Assembly (NCBI GenBank): GCA_964016885.1
Contig: OZ024749.1
Coordinates: 35,278,001 to 35,342,000 of the forward strand
Origin: Eledone cirrhosa
Taxonomy: Eukaryota
Direction: 5' to 3'
DNA length: 64,000 nt
Shown here: positions 13,358 through 25,147 of the stretch, one piece after another
How positions within the stretch are numbered: the first letter of the stretch is position 1
Layout: each line of letters opens with the position of its first letter
Program-made: the position numbers and the translations under genes
The notes under the pieces: generated by a model
Database searches by the model: none
Told to the model about the DNA's origin: nothing
Seen by the model: the letters and a program-made list of their open reading frames with translations, nothing else

Positions 13358-14105
13358 CTGCTGTTGTGACTCTCCCTCTCTATATCTCTCTCTCTGTTTC
13401 ATTCACTCTTCATTCTACAACCTTCCCATAATGCTTCTTTCTCACTCTTCTGTAACTTCAAAGTGATCAGTTAACTTTGTTTCATCTCTTCTTTATTTCC
13501 TATTATTATAAGTTCCACAGCCATTGCTCAAACTAATTCATAATACCCTTTCTATTTCTTCTAAGGTTACCTTCTTTCACTTGTTTGTCATACTTTCCCT
13601 GCATTTTTATTGTTTTTATCCAATCATGTATTTATATGTGCAGCTTTCATCTTGTTTCCCTGTTGAATGAGTCAAAATAGGGGGCACACTCTTTATTTAA
13701 TCCACATCCCTTCCCAAAATTTGTTGGCCTCGTGTCTAAACCAAAAACCAGTACCAGTAATGTATTGGGTATTTGCTGGCCTTGTGCCAAAAGTAGAAAC
13801 AATTATTATTATTATCATTTCAATTTTATTGTAAACCCCCACTGTCCCTGTCTTTGTATTGTCCTCTATATGTCTGCCCTTGTGGTCAATAAATGAAATC
13901 ATTATAAAGTACCAGTAATACACTGGGTAATTACTGGCCTTGTGCCTAAAGTAGAAACAATTATTATTATATTTTTCTATTGTCTTTGTCCTGTCCTATT
14001 TTGAATTTATATTTTTGAAACTATCATATAATAGACATCACACAGCCTGGTCTGTCCTCCTCTGAGTAGGAACGTGGGGTCAAAATATCATTGTGATTAT
14101 TCATG

Positions 14106-14190
14106 TGTAACGTGCATTTTGTGATCGATCAGCTCAAGGTAAAATTAGTATCAATCACACTCAACTCTGGAATCGATAGCTCATCAGACT
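14106..14190 (-). ncRNA. Decayed type I hammerhead ribozyme motif (long stem II subfamily)
   Basis: Minus strand AGT-CTGATGAG-CTATCGAT...ATCGATCAC-AAAATGCACGTT-AC; homologous to 20436-20520. Confidence 0.5.
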
Positions 14191-14258
14191 TGTGGTTTCC
14201 TTAATGATGGGAGATGGGAGATATCTACATACAGCTTTAAATTATATATATATATATA

Positions 14259-14489
14259 TCATTTCATTCATTTCATTTCATTTTTACATCCGCTTTTCCC
14301 TGCTTGCAAGGGTGGGACGGGAACTGATTCTGGCTTGATTTCTACAGCTGGATGCCCTTCCTAACACCAACCTCATTTACAGTGAGTGCTGGGTGCTTTT
14401 TTTCCTGTGGCACGCACCTACACAACCACTTTGCAGTAGAATGATAGGGACCGCAGTCCCTATCATCTCATTTCTACAGCTGAGTAAAC
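14259..14489 (-). mobile_element. SINE family 1, 5'-truncated
   Basis: Body and RTE-A tail only; ends at GAGTAAACT beside a TA tract. Confidence 0.9.
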
Positions 14490-14620
14490 TATATATATAT
14501 ATAGAACTATATATATATCATCATCATTGTCGTTTTAACATCCGCTTTCCTGCTAACAAGAGTTGGACGGGTTCATACCAGTAATATATATATGTATATA
14601 AGTGTATATATATATAATAT

Positions 14621-15113
14621 GTAGGTTCTCGAGTGGTGTCAGGGGTAAACATAGTTAAAAGAGGTACTCAATACATTGGTATAGTATAGGCATTTTATTA
14701 TATATAGAAATGACTTCTACAGGACTAGAACTGTTTCATTTTTTTTTTTTTTCATTTTACGTCCGCTTTTTTCCCTGCTAGCAAGGGTGGGACGGGAACT
14801 GATCCTGGCTTGATTTCTACAGCTGGATGCCCTTCCTAACACCAACCTCATTTACAGTGAGTGCTGGGTGCTTTTTTGCCGTGGCACCTCCACGACCACT
14901 TTGCAGTGGAATGATATGGATCTCAGTCCCTATCATCTCATTTCTACGGCTGAGTAAACTGGAGCAATGTGAAATAAAGTGTCTTACTCAAGGAAACAAC
15001 ACATCACCCGGTCTGAGAATTGAACTCACAACCTTTCGATTGCAAGGCCAATGCTCTAACCACTAAGCCATGTGCCTCCATAATGTGCATCATTCATATG
15101 AACTCATCAGGAA
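14621..15113 (-). mobile_element. Hammerhead-bearing short element split by a SINE insertion
   Basis: Minus strand TTC-CTGATGAG (15110-15103)...[SINE]...GAAAC-AG-ttctagtc-CTGTA-GAAG (14737-14714), followed by the GTATTGAGTACC box. Confidence 0.65.
14738..15079 (-). mobile_element. SINE family 1, full length
   Basis: Reverse complement of the 15331-15669 and 20707-21049 copies. Confidence 0.93.
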
Positions 15114-15135
15114 TATATATATATATATATATATA

Positions 15136-15320
15136 AGTAGTATCACAACAGTTAGTTCACCATACTGTACAGCCACACTCAGATCGAGCTGAAGATCCGC
15201 AAGAAGAAACATTTGTTCTCGGTATGGTGAACTAACTGTTGTGATACTACTGCTACCAAACTCATCCCATGGATTGAGTGCTCTACTACTATGGATATAA
15301 CCCTTCAGTGTTCTACTATT
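15136..15320 (+). mobile_element. Short hammerhead-bearing element with a perfect 30-bp inverted repeat, inside a (TA)n tract
   Basis: Inverted repeat 15136-15165 / 15222-15251; GGATTGAGTGCTC box at ~15271; TA repeats on both sides. Confidence 0.75.
15183..15223 (+). ncRNA. Minimal type I hammerhead ribozyme
   Basis: Stem I ATCGAG/CTCGGT; core CTGAAGA 15189-15195; stem II TCC-GCAA-GAA (one mismatch); GAAA 15206-15209; short stem III ACA-TT-TGT; cleavage triplet GTT ending at 15217. Confidence 0.75.
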
Positions 15321-15330
15321 ATATATATAT

Positions 15331-15669
15331 AGGCACATGGCTTAGTGGTTAGAGCATTGGCCTTGCAATCGAAAGGTTGTGAGTTCAGTTCTCAGACCAG
15401 GTGATGTGTTGTTTCCTTGAGCAAGACACTTTATTTCAAATTGCTCCAGTTTACTCAGCTGTAGAAATGAGATGATAGGGACTGGGGTCCATATCATTCC
15501 ACTGCAAAGTGGTCGTCGAGGTGCCACGGAAAAAAAAAAAGCACCCAGCACTCACTGTAAATGAGGTTGGTGTTAGGAAGGGCATCCAGTTGTAGAAATC
15601 AAGCCAGGATCAGTTCCCGTCCCACCCTTGCAAGCAGGGAAAAAGCGGACGTAAAATGAAAAATGAAAA
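15331..15669 (+). mobile_element. SINE family 1, full length
   Basis: GGCACATGGCTTAGTGGTTAGAGC head, GAGTTCAGTTCTC B-box, CCTTGAGCAAGACACTTT core, tail CCCGTCCCACCCTTGCAAGCAGGGAAAAAGCGGACGTAAAATG. Confidence 0.93.
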
Positions 15670-16159
15670 GAAGACTTTGTTGCTTCATTTGATATATATA
15701 ATCATTTTATGATTTTATGAAATGTTGATCAATACAAACTTACATTGTGTCATTCTGATTCTGCAAGTGTTTAGGATTAAGGTTACAAGAGTTGTGGAAT
15801 ACTCAGCCACTTTATAGTATAACTAGTTATATTCATAGAACAACAACAGCATGAAAAACACTGGTTCATCCAGCTAGAGAAAAAGAGATGTTACAAGATA
15901 ATTTCACCTGGGTAAATATTGGAAACAAATGATTACAGGTGAGATGGAGACATGAGACATTACTAAGGAGACAAGTCAAACCGGTGAGGCAGGTGGTGTG
16001 GTGAAATAGTGAGACAATGGCACATCAGGTGTTACTGATCTGATCTCTTAATTAAACTAATTTCCACTAAAACTTCAATTCAATGAATTAAATAATTGAA
16101 CACAGAAGCTTTTGTTGCCAAACTGCTGCTGCTGTTTTGTAGTCATTCAATACCCTCAT

Positions 16160-16362
16160 CACTCCCACCACCATCAGTCATCACCATCATCATCATAATC
16201 ATCATCACAACCACTATCAGTACAACCATCATCATCTTCCGCCCCACTCTCACCATACCCATCATCTCTATCATCATCAACACTATCACCACCATCATCA
16301 TCACCACCGCTATCATCATCACCACTACCATCACAATCATCATCACTGCTATTACCACAATC
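16160..16362. repeat. (CAT/CAC)n low-complexity tract
   Basis: Degenerate trinucleotide run. Confidence 0.9.
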
Positions 16363-17402
16363 ATGTGTGTGTGTTTGAGTGTGCATGTGTGTGTGTCAGC
16401 ATGTATGTGTGTCTTTTGGACCTCAGTCAGTTTTGATGATGAGTGTGCCAGTTCAATGAATCGGCCTGCTCATGAAAGTACAGTGTAAAGTAGCTGCGTA
16501 TTCCACAGACACGTGTACCCTTAACATTGATCTGCAATTACTTCTCAGGTAATCACTGTTAGTAAGCCCAGATAAACAATGACTACATCTCACCTAAGGT
16601 GACACATTGGCAGGGTCATTAAGGGATCAGATTTAAAATGGTTTGGTATTTGCTCTGACTAATTGTACTTTGAGCTCAAATCCCACTGAGGTTAACTTTG
16701 CCATTTTGAAGTTGATAAATAAAGCATCAGTCTAGTGCAGGGGCAGCTTCTTCTACACACTCTCTCTCTCTATCTATCTCTAGTTGAAATTGGTTGCATT
16801 TCAACCTGGAGAGGGATGGACTCGTCAAGGTTCAAATGGTGACTCTACAGCTCAATCAAGAGTTAAGGACCAGCTCTCTACATTTTACCTTTACAGCACC
16901 CACCTAACTAATCACTGTTATTGAATCCAGGTAAACTACATCCACTACTCACCTAACTAATTACTCTTTGTCAGTGGATCCAAGCAAACAAGAACTATTA
17001 CCACAAAACGATGTTTTGAGTCTAATCTAACAGAAAGATAGGCTGCAATGTTTGTTTGTCTGTTGGATCTCAACATGATTAGTTGATTAGCAATCTTTTT
17101 AACCCCAGGAACCAATTAAGGTGAGGAGAGTTGATAACAACACTTCATTAAAGCTACCCAAATATAACTGTGGAATCTCTCACACAGAAAGATTCCCTCT
17201 AGGGTAGCAACATTCATTTGGAGTTTTACAATGAAAGTTTTTAAAAACCAATAACAAACACCAATTATTATCATTATTATTGTTATTATTATCCTTATTA
17301 TTATTGCTGTTGTTGTTGTTTTTATAGCTAAATGTGACTTTGTTTCAATATTTAGACATCATTATCATCAACGCTATTTCTACTACTACTACTACTACTA
17401 CA

Positions 17403-17437
<35 letters not shown>

Positions 17438-17614
17438 GCCACCATCATTATTTGTTACAGTAATTTTGGGGGAAGGGAAAGTCAATTATATCGATCCCAG
17501 TATGTAACTGGTACTTTATTTTATCAATTACAGAAGGATGAAAGCAAAGTTCACTTGAACTAAGAGTGCAATCAATAATAATAATAATAATTACTATTAT
17601 TAATATCATTATAT

Positions 17615-17795
17615 TGGTAGAGCATCAGACAACATGCTTTGCAACATAGAGTTATGGCCCTTTACAGCCTGAGTTTAAATCCCTGAGTTTAAATTAGCTT
17701 TGCCTTTCATCCTTACGGGGTTGATAAAATAAAGTACTAGTAATACACTGGGATAATTGCTGGCCTTGTGCCAAACGTAGAAACAATTATTATTA
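17615..17795 (+). mobile_element. SINE family 2
   Basis: CTTTGCCTTTCATCCTTACGGGGTTGATAAAATAAAGTAC...GGCCTTGTGCCAAACGTAGAAACAATTATTATT; an opposite-strand fragment lies at ~17465-17560. Confidence 0.85.
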
Positions 17796-17914
17796 TAGTG
17801 TTCTAATGATACATAAGCTGTCAGAAAAATACAAAACAAAGCAGAACAGTAATTGAGATTATTTTATCAGTTTTAGTCTTTTGGTGGAAACATCTGGAGT
17901 TTCTTATAAACATC

Positions 17915-18050
17915 AAGAAGAAGAAGAAAAAGAAGAAGAACAACAAGAACAACAACAACAATGACAACAAAAACAATGACAACAAAAACAACAACATCAA
18001 TGGCAACAAAAACAAAAATGACAACAACAAAAGCAAAAAACGACAACAAG
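17915..18050. repeat. (AAG/AAC)n low-complexity tract
   Basis: Degenerate trinucleotide run. Confidence 0.9.
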
Positions 18051-18297
18051 ATTATTTAAGAAACTGAAGTAGTGAAATGTTTGTTCAGTGTTAAAATTGT
18101 ATGACTGAGTTCAGTTAATTTTCAACAAAATAGATGGGAGAATATTTAAGTGGAGCAGATGCCACTCAGTTATTTAAATGTCATTTAAATAAAATATATT
18201 TTAAAAGTGGGTTTCTTTCACACACAGCTAATTAGTTTTTTAAAGGATTCTAATAATCAAAGTAAAAGGAAGTAGTAACAAGTTGTAACCAAAATAA

Positions 18298-18615
18298 TCA
18301 CAAGATCAATGTAGAACCAAGATCAGGTTACAGGCTCTAACCTGGAGCTAAAACCATCTCATAGGCTCAACCGGGAGAGAAGATCACATCACATGCTCAA
18401 CCTAGAGTTAAGATCATGCCACAGACTCCACCTGGAGCTAAAATTACATCACAAGCTCTATGTAGAACTAAGATCATTCTACAGGTGCAGTGTAGAGCTA
18501 AAATCAGGTCACAGGCTCAACACTAAACTAAAATCAAGCCATCATTTTAATATGGAGCTAAAATTAGGTCATTGCCTCAACTTGTAGTCAAAATATTGCT
18601 GCAGGCTCAACTCGA
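18298..18615. repeat. Degenerate 30-bp tandem repeat (~10 units)
   Basis: Consensus approx. TCACAGGCTCAACCTGGAGCTAAAATCAGG at a 30-bp period. Confidence 0.8.
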
Positions 18616-19270
18616 AGTTACTGTACAACATTTAGACTATTAAAAATATTAGTGACCAATATTGCCATGTCCAGTATTGCTATGACTAAGTTTATAATAA
18701 AATAGCACTAACCTCTATCATATATATGCTTTGTGGAGGAGTTAGACCTATATGGTAGATATAGAACTAATACAGAAGTTTAAGTACAGAATGATATCAA
18801 CTTGTATGCCAGGTTGATGGGAACACTTCAATTTATGGTAATTTATCAGGATCAGGATTGGAGCAGAACACAAGAGTAGGGTATTACATAATAGTTTTAT
18901 TTTTTTCGATATTATTCAAACAATAAATTGCCATGTAATTTCTTTAAAAACAGAGTCCTTGATATTTAGTTAGACCAAACCCAAGACTATGGTGAGACTC
19001 AAGATATATAAACAATATATTTTTAGTTAAAGAGAGATTACACTTAGTAAAATGAACCATTACATTTACTCTATTTTGATTCCTGATAATCAGAACTGAA
19101 AAAGAAAAAGCAATGAAGGATAAGTTTACTAAATAGCTGCAGGTGAGGGCTTTTGTTTTCATGGAATTTTCAAAGTTTTCTTTTATATAGTACATCTTTG
19201 AAAAAAAAAATACACTCACACACAGATACATACATACGTACGTACGTACGTATGTATGTATGTATGTATG

Positions 19271-19642
19271 TTATCTCATTCTCTTAATTTCGAGTATATT
19301 TTTTTGACCGGCCACCTTCCTGGTGGCAAGGTTGGAAAAGAAAAGAAATTGTCATCCCTTGAATCGCAAGAATGTTTTGCAAATTTTGAAGGTGCCAGCT
19401 ATCGCAGCCATTTGTAGACTATGAATTAGGGAGCTGCGCTTTTTGTCCGCAAATCCAAGTTCAGTCATACTTTGGTCCAAGCGGGTTGGTATATAACCCA
19501 TAGCTCCAATAATGATGGGTATGAAGCTAAAGGTGTATCTTGGATACTGGATTTGTAAACTCCTCATCAATGGTCCGTAGATGTCCTCCTTCTCCTGTAT
19601 TTTTCTGACAACATTTACATCAAGTGGGCAGCTGATCTCCAC
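19271..19642 (-). mobile_element. 5'-truncated R4/Dong-like non-LTR retrotransposon (RLE domain end plus 3' UTR) in a (TACA)n microsatellite
   Basis: VEISCPLDVNVVRKIQEKEDIYGPL...FIPIIIGAMG matches the RLE E..K..KY..L...P.VIG.LG pattern; uninterrupted to the stop at 19352; (TACA)n on both sides. Confidence 0.8.
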
Positions 19643-20435
19643 ATGTATGTATGTATGTATGTATGTATGTATGTATGTTCTTCTTTTTGGTAAATATCAT
19701 CTTGGTTAAGAGAGTGGGACTGGCTTTGTGCAGTGCCTTTACTCACTATAAAAGCTTCACGGCACAGGCATTTCTTTATATCTGGAGATCTCTCTGCACT
19801 TGTCGTCACATGGTACCATGGGCCCAGCACTATGTATCAATAATTGTCACAAGTGTAGTGTTTGTACCAGAGTTTTCAAGTTGCTGGCTGGACTAAAATG
19901 TCACACTTGTTCAGTGCATCGGTAGAGGTTCTCCTACATGGATATAAAGTAGTGGCCGTACTCGAAAACGAGTTGGCAGCCACCATATATGTATGTATGT
20001 ATATATATATATATATATATATATTTCATCAAAAGATCTTCAATGGAAGTCAATACTTAAAGTAAATAGAAAAACAACTACAACAACAAAAGAATATATA
20101 GAGAATATAGAGATATAGAGTAGTGCAGACCCAGCTGTTTGCTCAGGGAGTTTGTTTTGGAGGCAAGCAGTTCTGGGTTCAATTGCCCTTTTTGGCAACT
20201 TGGACAAGTGTATTCTATTGGGGTGTGAGGAGTGCATGAGCATTAGTGTGTGTGTGTGTGTGTGTGTGGAGGAGTGAGTTAGTGTGAATTTAAGTTATGT
20301 TTGTATGTGTGTGCGTATATATATATATCCAGTTAAAGAAAACTTGCCAAATAAAGAGTAAAGTGGATTCTTCAGTTATACCAAAGATATGAAAACCTAT
20401 ACATATATATATGTATACACACATACCATAACAAA

Positions 20436-20520
20436 AGTCCAACGAGCTTTTGATTTGAGAGTTGGGCCAGATCAATACAGATCGAAACTTGAGCTGATCA
20501 TTTGCGAAACGCATGGCACT
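20436..20520 (+). ncRNA. Decayed hammerhead motif (long stem II subfamily)
   Basis: AGT-CCAACGAG (decayed core)...CTTGAGCTGATC...GCGAAACGCATGGC-ACT; aligns with the 14106-14190 minus copy. Confidence 0.45.
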
Positions 20521-20566
20521 ACTCAATAAAAGTAACGAAGACCTAACAAATCGTCACTTTTATTAT

Positions 20567-20706
<140 letters not shown>

Positions 20707-21049
20707 GGGGGCACATGGCTTAGTGGTTAGAGCATTGGCCTTGCAATCGAAAGGTTGTGAGTTCAATTCTCAGACCAGGTGATGTGTTGTTTCCTTGAGC
20801 AAGACACTTTATTTCACATTGCTCCAGTTTGCTCAGCTGTAGAAATGAGATGATAGGGACTGGGGTCCCTATCATTCCACTGCAAAGTGGTTGTGGAGGT
20901 GCCACGGCAAAAAAGCACCCAGCACTCACTGTAAATGAGGTTGGTGTTAGGAAGGGCATCCAGCTGTAAAAATCAAGCCAGAATCAGTTCCCGTCCCACC
21001 CTTGCAAGCAGGGAAAAGCGGACGTAAAATGAAATGATGATGAATGATG
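20707..21049 (+). mobile_element. SINE family 1, full length
   Basis: A-box TGGCTTAGTGG, B-box GAGTTCAATTC, internal hairpin ATGATAGGGAC-TGGG-GTCCCTATCAT, RTE-A tail. Confidence 0.93.
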
Positions 21050-21108
<59 letters not shown>

Positions 21109-21198
21109 ATGGAAATTTAAGCCATTTCTGTATTAAATTTTTGTTGTTTTCACTCTACTTATGTATTGAGTACCTTATTTACTGTGGTTACTCGCGAT

Positions 21199-21263
<65 letters not shown>

Positions 21264-21264
21264 A

Positions 21265-21308
<44 letters not shown>

Positions 21309-21344
21309 GTGTATATATATAAATATATATATATAAATGTGTGT

Positions 21345-21567
21345 GTTTATGGACATGTAATGCATATAAATGATGAAGTGCCAAGAGATCCCAGTGGAAG
21401 GAAGCTACAATGGAGGAAGACTGAGGACTATCTGGGCAGAAGTGGTGAGCAATGATCTCAAAACACTGAACCTCACAGAGAAGATGATGGAGTAACATAG
21501 CAGTTGAAGCAAGGCTGAACTGGAGAAAACTTCTCCAGTTCAGACAAGATGATGATGATGATGATGA
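21345..21567 (+). mobile_element. Decayed RTE 3' fragment
   Basis: YGHVMHI translation, AAGTGCCAAGAGAT.CCAGTGGAAGGAAG similar to RTE-A, (ATG)n tail. Confidence 0.7.
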
Positions 21568-21752
21568 TATATGGGTAGCATGTATCTATGTAAATATATG
21601 GGTCTTAATTTTTCTGTCTCTTAGAATATTCTTCTTACTTATATATTAGCCTTAATTCATTTACAGCATCGCTTCAATGGAAAACAGACTGTGTATATAC
21701 ATATAATCATATGAATACATTCCACCTCTCCCCACAACCCTCTCTCTCTCTT

Positions 21753-21758
21753 TATATA

Positions 21759-21841
<83 letters not shown>

Positions 21842-22111
21842 GTAAATATACATATATATATGTACATATATATGTACATATTTATATATGTACATATATA
21901 TATACATACACATATTCACACAAAGATATATATATATATGTATATATATATATACATATATATGTACATATATATGTACATATATATGTGCACATATATA
22001 TATATATATATGTACATATATATATGGACATATATATACATACACATATTCACACAAAGATATATATAAATATATAAATACATATCTATATATACACACA
22101 TACATACACAT

Positions 22112-22142
<31 letters not shown>

Positions 22143-22201
22143 AATACATATCTCTCTATATATATAAATACATATCTATATATACACACATACATACACA
22201 T

Positions 22202-22236
<35 letters not shown>

Positions 22237-22270
22237 CAAAATTATACACACACACATACATGCATATATA
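21753..22270. repeat. Compound (TA)n/(CA)n microsatellite with local duplications
   Basis: TA runs with repeated CATATTCACACAAAGAT and AAATACATATCT motifs. Confidence 0.95.
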
Positions 22271-22749
22271 TTACACTAAACATCCATATGTATGAACTCT
22301 ATTTCCATAAATATTTATACAAGTTATCCAAAGTATGTTTCTCCTACTCCAGACACACACACACACTGACACACACACACACACACACAGACACTGACAC
22401 ACAGACACATACACTAACACACACTGAAAAATGTCAAAGGTCATGTGAACTGATTGCCAATAACCTCCTCCCTCCCCTTCTTGCAACAATTAATAATCAA
22501 TGTTGCTGTTGCTGCTGTTGTTACTTCACAGAAAACCAGACAAAGGAATATTTGTGGTTTATATTAAAACCCCAAAAAACTGTAAACAAACTTTGTTATA
22601 TATCACAGAGCAACCAACCAAACAACCAACCAACCAAACAACCAAACAACCAAACTGAAAAACAGATCATACAACTATATAACAGAATTGTTTTAAAATT
22701 GCTTCTTTTGTTATTTTATCTGTATTTTCATACTAAATTGATACAAAAC

Positions 22750-23038
22750 TGTTTGTTTTAAAGTGTTTATATTTACCAAAAACTTTAAATTTATGTAAGA
22801 AGCTTTGTTAAGTTATGTTCCAACCACTTAATTATTTTCCAAATTATTTGAAAATCATAGGTGGTGTTTTTTATTAGAAACATGGTAAAAAAAAGGGTTA
22901 TAAAGTGTTTATATTTACCTTATACTTTAAATTTATGTAAGAACCTTTGTTAAGTTATGTTCCAGACAATTATTTTCAAAATGATTTGAAAACCATAGGC
23001 AGTGTCTTTCATTAGAAATATTGTAATGAAAAGGTTAA
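22750..23038. mobile_element. Two tandem right halves of MITE family 2
   Basis: AAAGTGTTTATATTTACC...TTAGAAA.AT.GTAA..AAA.GGTTA repeated twice. Confidence 0.65.
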
Positions 23039-23073
23039 ACAGCAAGTGGCCTTAAACATTAACAAGTACTCAC

Positions 23074-23148
23074 TGTATTGTGGCTCATTGATTTCTTTCT
23101 GTAGTTTCTTTCCAGTTTATCAAATCCAACCCCCCCCCCATGGGAGGG
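23074..23148 (-). CDS. Possible 75-nt internal exon (PSHGGGVGFDKLERNYRKKSMSHNT), unverified
   Basis: Acceptor tgtctattgtag, donor GTGAGT, open in phase 0-0; no recognised homology. Confidence 0.15.
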
Positions 23149-23161
23149 CTACAATAGACAC

Positions 23162-25147
23162 ATCCCAGCATCTAACTCCCAACATCCACCTCCAAACACC
23201 CAGCCACATCTAACCCCAACATCCACCTCCAAACACCCAGCCACATCTAACCCCAGCATCCATTTTCAAACACCCAGCCACATCTAGCCCCAGCATCCAT
23301 CTTCAAACACCCAGCCACATCTAACCCCAGCATCCATTTTCAAACACCCAGCCACATCTAGCCCCAGCATCCATCTTCAAACACCCAGCCACATCTAACC
23401 CCAACATCCACCTTCAAACACCCAGCCACATCTAACCCCAACTTCCACCTCCAAACACCCAGCCACATCTAACCCCAACATCCACCTCCAAACACCCAGC
23501 CACATCTAGCCCCAGCATCCATCTTCAAACACCCAGCCACATCTAACCCCAACATCCACCTTCAAACACCCAGCCACATCTAACCCCAACATCCACCTTC
23601 AAACACCCAGCCTCATCTAGCCCCAACATCCACCTCCAAACATCCAGCCACATCTAACCCCAACTTCCACCTCCAAACACCCAGCCACATCTAACCCCAA
23701 CATCCACCTCCAAACACCCAGCCACATCTAGCCCCAGCATCCATCTTCAAACACCCAGCCACATCTAGCCCCAACATCCACCTCCAAACACCCAGCCACA
23801 TCTAGCCCCAGCATCCACCTCCAAACACCCAGCCACATCTAGCCCCAGCATCCACCTCCAAACACCCAGCCACATCTAACCCCAACATCCACCTCCAAAC
23901 ACCCAGCCACATCTAACCCCAACATCCACCTCCAAACACCCAGCCACATCTAACCCCAGCATCCATTTTCAAACACCCAGCCACATCTAGCCCCAGCATC
24001 CATCTTCAAACACCCAGCCACATCTAACCCCAGCATCCATTTTCAAACACCCAGCCACATCTAGCCCCAGCATCCATCTTCAAACACCCAGCCACATCTA
24101 ACCCCAACATCCACCTTCAAACACCCAGCCACATCTAACCCCAACTTCCACCTCCAAACACCCAGCCACATCTAACCCCAACATCCACCTCCAAACACCC
24201 AGCCACATCTAGCCCCAGCATCCATCTTCAAACACCCAGCCACATCTAACCCCAACATCCACCTTCAAACACCCAGCCACATCTAACCCCAACATCCACC
24301 TTCAAACACCCAGCCTCATCTAGCCCCAACATCCACCTCCAAACATCCAGCCACATCTAACCCCAACTTCCACCTCCAAACACCCAGCCACATCTAACCC
24401 CAACATCCACCTCCAAACACCCAGCCACATCTAGCCCCAGCATCCATCTTCAAACACCCAGCCACATCTAGCCCCAACATCCACCTCCAAACACCCAGCC
24501 ACATCTAGCCCCAGCATCCACCTCCAAACACCCAGCCACATCTAGCCCCAGCATCCACCTCCAAACACCCAGCCACATCTAACCCCAACATCCACCTCCA
24601 AACACCCAGCCACATCTAGCCCCAGCATCCACCTCCAAACACCCAGCCACATCTAACCCCAACATCCACCTCCAAACACCCAGCCACATCTAGCCCCAGC
24701 ATCCACCTCCAAACACCCAGCCACATCTAACCCCAACTTCCACCTCCAAACATCCAGCCACATCTAGCCCCAACATCCACCTCCAAACACCCAGCCACAT
24801 CTAACCCCAACTTCCACCTCCAAACACCCAGCCACATCTAACCCCAACTTCCACCTCCAAACACCCAGCCACATCTAGCCCCAACATCCACCTCCAAACA
24901 CCCAGCCACATCTAGCCCCAACATCCACCTCCAAACACCCAGCCACATCTAGCCCCAACATCCACCTCCAAACACCCAGCCACATCTAGCCCCAACATCC
25001 ACCTCCAAACACCCAGCCACATCTAGCCCCAACATCCACCTCCAAACACCCAGCCACATCTAGCCCCAACATCCACCTCCAAACACCCAGCCACATCTAG
25101 CCCCAACATCCACCTCCAAACACCCAGCCACATCTAGCCCCAACATC
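23162..25147. repeat. 37-bp tandem minisatellite (~53 units) with a 703-bp higher-order duplication
   Basis: Unit CCCAGCCACATCTAACCCCAACATCCACCTCCAAACA; diagnostic variants recur 703 bp apart. Confidence 0.98.

Noticed and set aside
20710-20782. tRNA gene
   Set aside because: A and B boxes are present but the anticodon and acceptor stems do not pair; it is the head of a multi-copy SINE
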